Below, in pieces: positions 9,606-19,694 of a DNA stretch of 64,000 nucleotides. A program made the position numbers and the translations under genes. The first letter of the stretch is position 1. Each line of letters begins with the position of its first letter. The notes below the pieces were generated by a model. That model was not told the origin of the DNA, searched no databases, and saw nothing but the letters and a program-made list of their open reading frames with translations. The stretch lies in sequence record DRR723986_6897; one strand, given 5' to 3'.

Positions 9606-10277
9606 ATGACAGAAGCAAAATTCATTGAACATCCGGATTTTATCACGCGTGAGCCAGATGAAATGTTGGCACGATCTGCGGACTTTCTTGATTTGATGAA
9701 ACGACGACGCACTGTGCGAGATTTTTCTGACCGACCTGTGGCGCGAGAAGTGATCGAAAATGCCATCCTGACCGCGGGTCGTGCGCCGTCAGGGGCAAAC
9801 AAACAGCCTTGGCATTTTGCTGCCATTTCCAGTGCAAGTTTGAAAACCCGCCTGAGGGAGGCGGCTGAGGAAGAGGAGCGTGCTTTCTACGGCGGTAAGG
9901 CTTCAGACGACTGGCTGGAAGACCTTGTGCCGTTTGGTACCAATGAGCATAAACCTTTTTTGGAAATTGCACCTTGGCTGATTGCCGTTTTTAAACAGTC
10001 CTACGAGCTTGACCCTGAAACCGGCGAGAAAGCAAAAAACTACTATGTGCCGGAAAGCGCGGGGTTAGCGGCGGGTTTTCTGATTGCAGCGCTGCATAAT
10101 GCGGGCCTTGCTACCCTTACCCACACGCCGTCACCCATGGGCTTTCTGAACGAATTATGTGGCCGCCCGAAAAACGAGCATGCGACCATGCTGGTCGTTG
10201 CAGGCTATCCGGCAGACCATGTGACAGTACCAGACATTGACAAAAAGCCGCTCGAGGACTTCTCTAGCTGGTTATAG
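9606..10277 (+). CDS. Nitroreductase family, iodotyrosine deiodinase-like
   Basis: RRTVRDFS, APSGANKQPWHF, EEEERAFY, HKPFLE, LTHTPSPMGFL. Confidence 0.85.
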   Translation: MTEAKFIEHPDFITREPDEMLARSADFLDLMKRRRTVRDFSDRPVAREVIENAILTAGRAPSGANKQPWHFAAISSASLKTRLREAAEEEERAFYGGKASDDWLEDLVPFGTNEHKPFLEIAPWLIAVFKQSYELDPETGEKAKNYYVPESAGLAAGFLIAALHNAGLATLTHTPSPMGFLNELCGRPKNEHATMLVVAGYPADHVTVPDIDKKPLEDFSSWL

Positions 10278-10294
10278 CAGGTAAGGCTTATTGC

Positions 10295-11179
10295 TTAAAA
10301 CTGGGTGGTGAATCCAACACCGAAAATTACCTGTAATGGAGAGCCACTATCAGCCCGTACAAGCGGACTGTCGGCTGCATCACTAAGCAAGTGCCCCACC
10401 GATAGCAGGCTAAGCAAGCGTATCCTCTCGCTGAGTCTATAGGCCCCCACCACATTGCCTGAAATTTCAGATACGCCGCTGTTTGCTGCAAAGGCGGGCA
10501 GGCCAAATTCAGAATTTTCACTGTCTTGTTGCGTGAGGCCAAAGTTGCGTTGCATGGCACGGTTGGAGAGCCATCGTGCTCGGGCACCAACAATGGTGAC
10601 AAAGTTGCCGTTTTTATAAACCCCCTGGCCGATGGTGAGCCGAACAGAATCGCCCAATTGATCGCTGAGGGAATGCCTATAGTCCAATGAAACCAAGCCA
10701 GACTTTGTCTGGTAGCGGGCAAAAACACCTGCCTCAAAAGTTGTGTCTATCTCGCGGATGCCCCGCAGCAACCGGTTGCGCCTTTCTGGGCGGCCAAACG
10801 CGAGATTAATCAATGGGCCAGCCTGCCAAGAACCTTTGTTGAAGGCAGCATAGGTCAGCAGGCTACCGTTTAGGCGCCAGCGTTCTTTGTAGCGAATATC
10901 GATAATGGGCAAAACCCGCAGTCGGTAATTATCCGAACCGACGTAATCCGGTGTCGTGCCAATACCAAAGCCAATTCGTGCGGTCATTCCATCTAGTTTC
11001 AGGTCGTCGGGCCAAATGCTGTCGATGCCGCTATGCATAGACTCGATCGCATTGGCAAACCGGTCGCCGATATTAAACTGGGCAAAGGCAGGCGCAGCAG
11101 GAACTGAGGCAATAAGGACCGATGCGCAAACGCGCCTTATCACTTTCCAATATGCTTTTGTGTTAAATCGCACAAGCAC
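10295..11179 (-). CDS. MipA/OmpV family outer-membrane protein
   Basis: PDYVGSDNY..LP, DAADSPLV, C-terminal Phe; start uncertain (ORF open to 11212). Confidence 0.85.
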   Translation of the reverse strand: MLVRFNTKAYWKVIRRVCASVLIASVPAAPAFAQFNIGDRFANAIESMHSGIDSIWPDDLKLDGMTARIGFGIGTTPDYVGSDNYRLRVLPIIDIRYKERWRLNGSLLTYAAFNKGSWQAGPLINLAFGRPERRNRLLRGIREIDTTFEAGVFARYQTKSGLVSLDYRHSLSDQLGDSVRLTIGQGVYKNGNFVTIVGARARWLSNRAMQRNFGLTQQDSENSEFGLPAFAANSGVSEISGNVVGAYRLSERIRLLSLLSVGHLLSDAADSPLVRADSGSPLQVIFGVGFTTQF

Positions 11180-11280
11180 CGCCCTTTCCCTTGACTCTAT
11201 TTTGAAACACAAAATGGTAAAATCAAGGCAAAAAAATGTTTAAAAAACACCTCTAATTATCGCGAAGCCATGCAGGCGGT

Positions 11281-12675
11281 TTATTTGGTACGCAAAAGCG
11301 TGCGGCTAATTTCCCGCTTCGCCAGAAAGCCAAATCTTAACAACTGTAGCACGAAGGAAACGACAACCCCCACTAACATGCCTTCCATCAGACCGCGGAA
11401 ACCACGTTCCAGATGTATGCTCAGGTAATAGCTCGCAGGCAGCATGACAAAAACGAAGGCTGCACCCTGCAGGTAAGTTGGCCACCATGTTTCCTTATAA
11501 CCACGCAGCACCATGGAAGCGACCATTTGGGCGGCGTCGAAAATCATGCCGAAAATGTAAATGACGGCTATAGGGACCAAAAGGTCTATGATGCGTATGT
11601 CATTGGTGAATATGCGCATCAAGCTGTCGGTGAAAGCAAAAATAACCAGTGCTAGCAAACTGACGATAAGTAGTGTCATGCCAAGGCCGGTGTAGCCCGC
11701 CAACTGAGCATCGCGGCCATCCCTTCGCGAAAGAGCAATACCAACCCGCACACTTGTGGCAACACCAATGCCGATTGATATCATCAGCGGCATGCCAAGC
11801 ACCTGATACACTACGCCGAAGGCAGCAAGCGGGACTGTGCCAATCCAGCCAGCGAAAATTGCCAGTGCTGAAAAGGCCAAAACTTCTGCCGCCAAGGATA
11901 CACCAGAGGCATACCCCATTTGGCGTTGGTCACGCCATTCCCCGATAGTTTGCCCATGGGGTTCGCGCAATTTGAATTTGCGTAATGACTTGGCATTCCA
12001 GACATAATAAAGCGCACTGGCCGCCATGAACCACCGCACACCGGTTGAGGCCCAGGCCGAGCCTTCGGCGCCCAGCTCCGGTGCGCCCCAATGGCCGAAT
12101 ATTAGGGTGTAATTCAGCACTAGATTAACAATGTTAGCCCCAATCATAAGGTAAAAACCGATATGGCTGCGGCGGATGCCTTCCAGAAACATGGTGCAAT
12201 TAACGAACAACAGGTGTCCCGGCAAACCCAGGGCCAATATACGCACCAGGTTACCTCCGGCAGCTGCGTTTTCAGGGCTTTGGCCAAGCATGGTCAACCA
12301 AAATTCAGCAGGCCAGCAGATGGCCACCAAAATACCACCAAGTAAGACAGAAAAGGGCAGTGTGCGCCGCCATACTTTGCCAGCACCCCGGAAGTCCGCT
12401 TGGCCGTATGCATTGGCAGTATAGATAATGATACCGGACAAAAGCCCAAGACCAATAACCAGCGTAAACATGATGACCGACTGGTTGGCCAGATTTAGCC
12501 ACGCCAAATGCTGAGTGGCATAATGGCCCACCATGGCGGTATCAACCATGGCTATCGCCATGAGCCCAACGCGCATCATCACCGCTGGCACAGCAAGGCG
12601 TACCAACTCGCGCACATGGCGCTTAAGCCGGGTTTTCAGCCAATGTTGGTCAGGGGATGTTGGCGCGGTATTCAT
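11281..12675 (-). CDS. MATE family efflux transporter
   Basis: About 12 TM; VDTAMVGH, NYTLIFGHWGAPELGAEG, SVRVG. Confidence 0.92.
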   Translation of the reverse strand: MNTAPTSPDQHWLKTRLKRHVRELVRLAVPAVMMRVGLMAIAMVDTAMVGHYATQHLAWLNLANQSVIMFTLVIGLGLLSGIIIYTANAYGQADFRGAGKVWRRTLPFSVLLGGILVAICWPAEFWLTMLGQSPENAAAGGNLVRILALGLPGHLLFVNCTMFLEGIRRSHIGFYLMIGANIVNLVLNYTLIFGHWGAPELGAEGSAWASTGVRWFMAASALYYVWNAKSLRKFKLREPHGQTIGEWRDQRQMGYASGVSLAAEVLAFSALAIFAGWIGTVPLAAFGVVYQVLGMPLMISIGIGVATSVRVGIALSRRDGRDAQLAGYTGLGMTLLIVSLLALVIFAFTDSLMRIFTNDIRIIDLLVPIAVIYIFGMIFDAAQMVASMVLRGYKETWWPTYLQGAAFVFVMLPASYYLSIHLERGFRGLMEGMLVGVVVSFVLQLLRFGFLAKREISRTLLRTK

Positions 12676-12896
12676 CGCCTATTGAGCCTCAAAAATACTA
12701 TGTTTATAAGAAAAGCGCACCGTTTGGCCCATAGTTTTTGTTGAGGCCTTGGAGCACGTGTGTTTAGTGTGATAGTGCTATCCCTGTTTAGGGCCTGTTT
12801 AGGGGAACTGGCAAGCTGATAGTAAGCAGGTGCCACACAAATTTATGGGCGCACAATAGCGTTAACCAGCATTGAACCTTGGGGAAGGGCTTTTCA

Positions 12897-14660
12897 GTGA
12901 CAGACACCACAACCGTACCATCATCGCAATCACCGGGATCACCAGCAGGGCCGCTTACGCGCGGTGCTTATCCTGAGTTAACCAAACAAGCGGTACTTGT
13001 TGGCTATTTTCTGGGTGTTATTATCGCTCTGTCTATTGGCTATGCCTCGCTTAAGCTGGGCTTTTCGATTGAGGGCTCAGAGCTGGCGGCTATTCTAGGC
13101 TTCGGTATCCTGCGCGGCATATTACGCCGTCGGTCAATCGTTGAAAACAATGTGACACAAACCGTGGCAAGTGCTGTGAACGGTGCGTCATCGGGCATGA
13201 TGTTCTCGGTGCCAGCTATTTTTATTTTGGGCTACGGCAACGATTTTAACCCCTATATTCTGACCTTCGGTGCGATCGCTGGTGCGTTCCTTGGCATCGC
13301 CTTCATTATTCCGCTCAGAAAGCAAATGATTGACTTTGAGCGCCTAACCTACCCCGGAGGGGTGGCGGTGGCTTCTATCCTGAAATCACCCGGCGCGGGC
13401 ATTGAAAAAGCCAAGCTGCTGATTGGTGCGATGATTGTCTCGGCCATTGTGCATATCGCCACGATTTATTTTGAGTATGAAAACTTCCCGCTGTTTTCCA
13501 TGCTGGGGCTGCCTGACTATTTGAACGGCACATGGTATTTGTCCCTGATGACAGCGGCGGTGGCTTTCATTGCCGGTCGCGGCGGCCTGGCCTTCATCAT
13601 TGGTGGCTATGTTTGTTACTGGGTGCTGGCGCCGCTTTTGGACGTTACCAGCATGTTCCCGGTAGTTGACGGCGTGGTAGTTAACGACCCCGGCAGCTTG
13701 CGCACGCTTCTCTTTAGGCCCACAGGCATTGGCATGCTTATTGGCGGCGCGGTTGTGGGCGTTATGTTCGCTTTTCCACTTATTCGCTCTGCGGTGAAAT
13801 CAATGCAGTCATCGGCCAAGGTTGAAAGCGCCATGAGCCGCGATGAAATGCCGATTAAACTATTGTATTTTGCCATTGGCGGCGCAGCGCTTTTGCTGGG
13901 CGTTATGGCGGTTACGTCAGCGGAAGAAGTTGGCCTTGTGCGCGGCCTTATGATGGCGGTGCTTGGCACGCTTTGGATATGGATGGCGGGCATTATCTTG
14001 TCGGAAGCCATTGGCCGCACCAACTGGTCGCCTTTATCGGGTATGACACTGGTGGCTGTTACTATCCTGATCATGATCACCCAAACCTTCGGCGGTATGG
14101 ACACCGGGCAGGCGATTGTTGCCTCTGTCACCGTGGGCGCTGCCACTTGCGTTGCCATGAGCCAAGCGACCGATTTGATGCTGGACCTGAAGACAGGGTA
14201 TCTGGTGGGTGCAACGCCGCGCATGCAGCAAATGGGGCAGTTTTTCGGCGCGTGGCTGGGGCCGATCGTTATCATCATTCTGATTTTCGCCCTGCATAAC
14301 GCTTACGGCTTGGGGTCAGACCAATTGCCAGCACCGCAAGGCCAGGCGCTGGCATCCATGGTGCAGGGCATCACTGGCGGTGATGTGCCGATTGAGAAAT
14401 ATATCGCAGGGGCGGCGCTCGGCGCGCTTCTTACAGCCATGCAGGCGGGCCTTGGCATCACGGTTGGGCTTGGGTTTTACCTGCCGTTTAACATTGTGCT
14501 GACCTATTCACTGGGGACGTTGGTGCGTGAAATTTGTGACCGCAAAAACGGCACCCACTGGTCGGACAATACCGGCATTCCCATCGCGGCGGGCCTGATT
14601 GTAGGCGAGGCGCTTATGGGCGTTGGCCGTGCCGTATACATCATTGCGAACGCAAGCTAG
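12897..14660 (+). CDS. OPT/YSL family oligopeptide transporter
   Basis: YASLKLG, IVENN, IPLRKQMI..L.YPGG, SPLSG, DLKTGYLVGATP, LPAPQ, GLIVGEAL. Confidence 0.92.
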   Translation: MTDTTTVPSSQSPGSPAGPLTRGAYPELTKQAVLVGYFLGVIIALSIGYASLKLGFSIEGSELAAILGFGILRGILRRRSIVENNVTQTVASAVNGASSGMMFSVPAIFILGYGNDFNPYILTFGAIAGAFLGIAFIIPLRKQMIDFERLTYPGGVAVASILKSPGAGIEKAKLLIGAMIVSAIVHIATIYFEYENFPLFSMLGLPDYLNGTWYLSLMTAAVAFIAGRGGLAFIIGGYVCYWVLAPLLDVTSMFPVVDGVVVNDPGSLRTLLFRPTGIGMLIGGAVVGVMFAFPLIRSAVKSMQSSAKVESAMSRDEMPIKLLYFAIGGAALLLGVMAVTSAEEVGLVRGLMMAVLGTLWIWMAGIILSEAIGRTNWSPLSGMTLVAVTILIMITQTFGGMDTGQAIVASVTVGAATCVAMSQATDLMLDLKTGYLVGATPRMQQMGQFFGAWLGPIVIIILIFALHNAYGLGSDQLPAPQGQALASMVQGITGGDVPIEKYIAGAALGALLTAMQAGLGITVGLGFYLPFNIVLTYSLGTLVREICDRKNGTHWSDNTGIPIAAGLIVGEALMGVGRAVYIIANAS

Positions 14661-14671
14661 GGAGAGAAACG

Positions 14672-15220
14672 ATGAAAACCATTGCCTATTTACTTGTTGC
14701 TGCTTCTTTCCTTGGCGGGGCATTTCTCGCGTCGCTGGATGTAACCCGCATAGACTGGATGACTTTTGTGCCGGTTATCATTGCCGGTATCATCGGGGTT
14801 ATTCTGATCAAACGCATGGATGCATCTGAGGCGAAATCCAGCGATAAACTGCAGAATAACCGGCGCATCCTCGGCGAAAGCCTTGATAATATTGTCAAAA
14901 ACCTGGAGGCGCTTGATGGCCGAAAAGACAGCGTACCCACCTATGACATGCGCTTTGAAATCGACAAGTTATTCCGGGAGGACCTGAATAATTTCGCCGA
15001 TGCCCGCGATAGCATGAAGCATATTTTCGGCCTGCAACAGTTCGCTGACATTATGTCCAGCTTCGCGGCCGGAGAGCGCTATATCAATCGCGTTTGGTCG
15101 GCCTCAACCGATGGTTATGTGGACGAAGTGCTGATGTATGTGGAGAAATCATTGGCGCAGTTCAAGCATGCCCGCGAGGAGTTTGAAAAGGCCTCAAAAG
15201 CGGCACCTGTTGCTGCTTGA
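14672..15220 (+). CDS. Hypothetical membrane protein co-transcribed with OPT
   Basis: Two N-terminal TMs plus helical domain; 11 nt after the OPT stop with an RBS. Confidence 0.75.
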   Translation: MKTIAYLLVAASFLGGAFLASLDVTRIDWMTFVPVIIAGIIGVILIKRMDASEAKSSDKLQNNRRILGESLDNIVKNLEALDGRKDSVPTYDMRFEIDKLFREDLNNFADARDSMKHIFGLQQFADIMSSFAAGERYINRVWSASTDGYVDEVLMYVEKSLAQFKHAREEFEKASKAAPVAA

Positions 15221-15280
15221 TGTTAGTGTGCTCCGCGTCGCTGCAATGATATCTGGCATGCGTTGATTAGGGGACTGAAC

Positions 15281-15691
15281 GTGAATGATGGTGCGCTTTT
15301 AAGCAGGCATATAGCAAATTTTATTGATGTGCAGATTAGATTACTTGCCGAGTTCCGAGACAGTTACCCGGATGCTACCGACTGGAAAATGCTCTTCGAT
15401 TTCCCAAAAGGGGGCGCGATTTCGTTGGAGGGTGTGACTTGGAATTTTAAACGTCACGGAGCGGGATTGGGATTCGTTAATCAGGAAGACGGCATTGTTG
15501 TTGAAGCTCATGTACATATACGACATCCAGAGCTGTTTGATTGTTGGCGTATTGAACTCTATCTAGAATCAATTGGTCAAGAAACATCACAGGATATCTT
15601 GGATGCTTTTTTGAAAGCCGAATTGGAAGCGCGAAGAATTAAGAAACATGCGCGATATGATTCTATGTTTTATCTAACGGGCTCAAGATAA
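15281..15691 (+). CDS. Hypothetical protein (DUF6896-like W.F.RHG.G.GF motif), low GC
   Basis: WNFKRHGAGLGF; AT-rich; family assignment from memory only. Confidence 0.55.
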   Translation: MNDGALLSRHIANFIDVQIRLLAEFRDSYPDATDWKMLFDFPKGGAISLEGVTWNFKRHGAGLGFVNQEDGIVVEAHVHIRHPELFDCWRIELYLESIGQETSQDILDAFLKAELEARRIKKHARYDSMFYLTGSR

Positions 15692-15780
15692 TTAGCTTCT
15701 AGAAATCTGGTTAACCGCCATAGACACATACAGTAATTCCCCTTAGGCTCGCGGTTCAATATTTCCTTGGGAGGGTTTTC

Positions 15781-17076
15781 ATGCGTCGTTCACTGTTAAA
15801 AATTACCACTGCTGTTTCAGCCTTAGTGCTTTCTTTCACCGCCCCTACGCAGGCGGAAGAGGGCGACATATACCTTACCGCAGGAGCGATGGTTGATGTG
15901 GTTGCGGGCACGCTGGTTGAAAACCCGGCGCTGGTCATTCGCGGTGGGCGCATTGCCGCTGTTGGCAAGGCGGGTGAGCTTTCTGTGCCAGACGGGGCTG
16001 AAACTATTGCGCTGGACGGTATGACCCTCACCCCTGGTTTTATGGACATGCATGTGCATCTGTCCGGCGATGCGGGCGGCAACTTCTTCGCAGGCCTTAG
16101 CTACTCTGCGCCGCGCCAAGCTATTGTTGCGGTTAAGAACGCGCGTAAAACCCTGATGGCTGGTTTCACCACCGTGCGTGATGTGGGCGCAGGCGGCGGC
16201 AGTGTGATTGCCGTGCGCGACGGTATTAACGCAGGCGACATCGACGGCCCGCGCATTTTTGCGGTGGGTGATGCCATCGGCATCACCGGTGGTCACTGCG
16301 ACAATAATTTCATGCCGCCTGAAATGGGCATAAAAGGCGGCGGTGTTGCCGACGGGCCTTGGGCCATCCGCGCGAAAGTGCGCGAAGCCATCAAATACGG
16401 TGCCAATGCCATCAAGGTGTGTGCCACTGGCGGCGTTTTCTCTAAAGGCACCAAGGTAGGGGCGCAGCAACTTACACTCGATGAATTGAAAGCCGCGGTG
16501 GCAGAAGCCCACCAGCGCGAAATGACCATTGCCGCTCATGCCCACGGTACAGACGGTATCAAGGCCGCCATTGTGGCCGGCGTGGACAGCATTGAACACG
16601 CCAGCTTTGCAGATGATGAGGCGATTAACCTGGCCATTGAGTTTGGCACCTATTTCTCAATGGATATTTACAATACCGAATATACCCTTGCCTACGGTGA
16701 GGCCAACGGCGTGCCGGAAGAAAATATCAACAAGGAAAAGCAGGTGTCGAAGGCCCAGCGTGATGCGTTTAGTCGTGCTGTAAAGGCTGGTGTGAAAATG
16801 GTGTTTGGTTCAGATGCCGCCATTTACCCGCACGGCGATAATGCCAAGCAATTTTCGCGCATGGTGCAGTTTGGCATGACGCCGATGCAAGCATTGCAGG
16901 CGTCCACTATAAACGCGGCCACATTGATGAAAATGGAAAATGACATTGGTGTTCTGCGTGAAGGCTTCATTGCAGATATCGTCGCGGTGCCTGGCAACCC
17001 GTTGGATGATATTACTGTCACCGAAAATGTTGGTTTCGTCATGAAGGGCGGACGGGTCATTAAAGGCTCGAAATAA
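15781..17076 (+). CDS. Exported metal-dependent amidohydrolase (Xaa-Pro dipeptidase-like)
   Basis: Signal peptide, PGFMDMHVH, GFTTVRD, IKVCATGG, AHAHG, SIEH, FGSDA. Confidence 0.9.
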   Translation: MRRSLLKITTAVSALVLSFTAPTQAEEGDIYLTAGAMVDVVAGTLVENPALVIRGGRIAAVGKAGELSVPDGAETIALDGMTLTPGFMDMHVHLSGDAGGNFFAGLSYSAPRQAIVAVKNARKTLMAGFTTVRDVGAGGGSVIAVRDGINAGDIDGPRIFAVGDAIGITGGHCDNNFMPPEMGIKGGGVADGPWAIRAKVREAIKYGANAIKVCATGGVFSKGTKVGAQQLTLDELKAAVAEAHQREMTIAAHAHGTDGIKAAIVAGVDSIEHASFADDEAINLAIEFGTYFSMDIYNTEYTLAYGEANGVPEENINKEKQVSKAQRDAFSRAVKAGVKMVFGSDAAIYPHGDNAKQFSRMVQFGMTPMQALQASTINAATLMKMENDIGVLREGFIADIVAVPGNPLDDITVTENVGFVMKGGRVIKGSK

Positions 17077-17093
17077 TCACTGAGGAGCGTCAA

Positions 17094-18389
17094 GTGACTT
17101 CAAAACAGTCTAAGAGAAGCTTTCTAAAAGGTCTCGGCGGTGCGGCGGCGATAACGGCATTAGCACCGACTTTACCAGCAATGGGAAATGTAAGCGCCGC
17201 ACAGCAACCGGGGACGCGTTTGCAGGATTTGACAGCCGATGCTGTTCCCATTTCTGCTGTCGAGCGCAAAGCCCGAATTGCCAAAGCACAAGGACTGATG
17301 CGCGAGCAAGGGCTTGGTGCGCTTCTTCTCGAGCCGGGTTCTTCGATGATGTATTTCACCGGCATTCGCTGGGGTCGCAGCGAGCGCCTGACGGCAGTGG
17401 TTATACCGGCTGAAGGTGACATGGCGGTGGTAACCCCGTTTTTTGAAGAACCCCGTGCGCGCGAACGCATGACGTTCGGTGATGATGTGCGCCCTTGGCA
17501 TGAGCATGAAGACCCGTTCCTGCGCGTGAAGCAAATAATGGCCGACCGCGGCGTGGCGGACCTGCCGATTGGCCTTGAAGATTCGGTGCGGTATTTTGTG
17601 GTTGAGGGCCTGAAGGCGCAGTCTGTGACTATCGCTAATGGCCGGGCAGTAGTCGATGGCTGCCGCATGTATAAATCTGTCCATGAACTGCAGTTAATGC
17701 ACAGGGCCAATGCCATAACGCTGGCGGCCTATAACCATGTATGGAACACGCTGGAAGCGGGTATGACCCCGGCGGATATTAACACCCTGATGCGCGGCGC
17801 GCAGGCAAAACTTGGCGGCAAAGGAATTTGGACCATGGCGCTACTGGCTGAAGCCAGCGCCTACCCCCACGGCACCGGTGCGGCCCAAAGCCTGAAAAAC
17901 GGTGACATTGTTTTGATGGACTGCGGCTGTAACGTTGAAGGCTACCAATCAGACATTTCCCGTACCTTTGTATTCGGCGACGCCAGCAAACGCCAGCGCG
18001 AGGTATGGCAGACCATGCGACGAGGACAGGATGTGGCTTTTGCTGCAGCAAAAATCGGCGCACCTGCGGGCAGTGTTGATGATGCCGTGCGCGCTTACTA
18101 TGAAAGCCTTGGCTACGGGCCGGATTACAAAACACCGGGCCTTAGCCACCGTACGGGTCATGGCATTGGCATGGACGGGCATGAGCGGGTTAATTTTGTG
18201 CGCGGTGAAACCACGCAGCTGGCAAAGGGCATGTGTTTCTCAAATGAGCCGGGCATATATATATACGGCGAATTTGGTATTCGCCTTGAGGATTGTTTGT
18301 ATATGGGCGAGGCTGGCCCTGCCTGGTTCACCATGCCGCCAAACAGTATAGACGACCCCATTGGCCGCGTGGCACCAATGCCAACCTAG
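17094..18389 (+). CDS. Xaa-Pro peptidase (M24) with Tat-like signal
   Basis: SKRSFLK leader; DCGC..GYQSDISRT, HRTGHGIG.DGHE, EPGIY, GIRLED. Confidence 0.9.
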   Translation: MTSKQSKRSFLKGLGGAAAITALAPTLPAMGNVSAAQQPGTRLQDLTADAVPISAVERKARIAKAQGLMREQGLGALLLEPGSSMMYFTGIRWGRSERLTAVVIPAEGDMAVVTPFFEEPRARERMTFGDDVRPWHEHEDPFLRVKQIMADRGVADLPIGLEDSVRYFVVEGLKAQSVTIANGRAVVDGCRMYKSVHELQLMHRANAITLAAYNHVWNTLEAGMTPADINTLMRGAQAKLGGKGIWTMALLAEASAYPHGTGAAQSLKNGDIVLMDCGCNVEGYQSDISRTFVFGDASKRQREVWQTMRRGQDVAFAAAKIGAPAGSVDDAVRAYYESLGYGPDYKTPGLSHRTGHGIGMDGHERVNFVRGETTQLAKGMCFSNEPGIYIYGEFGIRLEDCLYMGEAGPAWFTMPPNSIDDPIGRVAPMPT

Positions 18390-18547
18390 TGAAAGGTTAG
18401 TAATTTCTTCAACGTTTCATGTTTAGTGTAAGGACAGCCCTTAATTTGTTACCTGATTGGATAGCGAGAGCTTTCCAAGGCCTGTAGAAAGCCGCAAAAT
18501 GACAAAGAATGCTGCCGCTACATGGTACTGTAGGCAGGCACCTGTGA

Positions 18548-19075
18548 ATGGACAAACCAATGAGCATTGCGCCAAACAATGAACCAGTGATTGGTGACTT
18601 TAGTATTGAAGACGCCGAAAAATGGCGGCTCCATGACACGGTGGTTGATCATGACTTGCGGTATTTTGAAGAAAAAACTGGCGGTACCCGGTTGGCGCGC
18701 CGTGAAGATTTGAAACCAGAAGAACTCACGGCCATTTTGCCTGAAATTGCTATTTTTCAACCTATTTATAATGCTGCAGGTACGATGGTTGATGTTAAGG
18801 CGCTGCTGGAAGGCACAAAGCTGGATAGCTTTTATGGCTCCATCACCGGAACACTGATCTCTGAGTACCCTTACAAGGTTGTTGGTGATCGTATTTTGCT
18901 TGCCTGTAAGACCTGCTTAGAGCTGGCGAAACCTATTGTGGTTGTGTCTGATACTCTGTCTGATCAGAAAGCCTTTTTGGCAATTACTGTTTTGTATATT
19001 CCTATGTCTGAGGACGGCACGGTGATTGACCGGATTTTTATTCATAATCAGGTAAAGTCTCGCCACCGGGATTGA
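18548..19075 (+). CDS. Stand-alone PAS_5-like protein
   Basis: RREDLKPEELTAILPEI, GTKL...G..TG, LYIPMSEDG..IDRI pattern. Confidence 0.7.
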   Translation: MDKPMSIAPNNEPVIGDFSIEDAEKWRLHDTVVDHDLRYFEEKTGGTRLARREDLKPEELTAILPEIAIFQPIYNAAGTMVDVKALLEGTKLDSFYGSITGTLISEYPYKVVGDRILLACKTCLELAKPIVVVSDTLSDQKAFLAITVLYIPMSEDGTVIDRIFIHNQVKSRHRD

Positions 19076-19149
19076 TGCGTTAGGAATTCTAACCAAGACA
19101 CAATAGCTTTCAATTTGCCATGACCTGTAGACAGCATTAGTGTCATGGC

Positions 19150-19692
19150 ATGGAAAATATTCTGCTTATTTACTGTCATCCCTCGCCGCATAAGTCGCGC
19201 TATAATCGCCGCTTGCAGGAAGTAGCCCGCAAAATTCCCGGCCTTAAAGTTCGGGATTTATACGAGCTGTACCCATCAATGCATGTGGATGAAGAGGCTG
19301 AGCAAAAAGCCCTAATTGAGGCTGATTTGGTTGTGTTGCAGTTTCCTATTTATTGGTTTAGCGCACCTGCCTTATTGAAAGAGTGGATGGATGTTGTTTT
19401 GCAAAATGGCTTTGCTTACGGCGAGGGAGGCACGGCGCTACGCGGCAAGAAAGCCATGCTTGCGGTTTCAACTGGTGCAAATGATGACGCATATCGTCCG
19501 GGTGCTACCCACGGCGCGAACATAGAAAGCTTTTTGCTGCCTTTTCGGATGACCGCTGAATTCTGTGGCATGAAGGTGGTGCAACCTTTTGTAACATACG
19601 GTGTGCGGGCATTGGAGTATGAGGCTATTAATGAGCGGGCTGAAGCCTTTGTGGCTGCGGTGCAAGAATTTGCCGCGGTGAGGGAGGCATAA
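19150..19692 (+). CDS. KefF/KefG-type NAD(P)H oxidoreductase (flavodoxin_2)
   Basis: HP, DLYELYP, QFPIYWFSAPALLKEWMD; directly upstream of the Kef channel. Confidence 0.9.
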   Translation: MENILLIYCHPSPHKSRYNRRLQEVARKIPGLKVRDLYELYPSMHVDEEAEQKALIEADLVVLQFPIYWFSAPALLKEWMDVVLQNGFAYGEGGTALRGKKAMLAVSTGANDDAYRPGATHGANIESFLLPFRMTAEFCGMKVVQPFVTYGVRALEYEAINERAEAFVAAVQEFAAVREA

Positions 19693-19694
19693 TC

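Noticed and set aside
15823-16599. Long antisense ORFs (also 13616-14278, 2453-3061, 17090-17716 and others)
   Set aside because: Shadows of well-supported genes on the opposite strand, with no motifs
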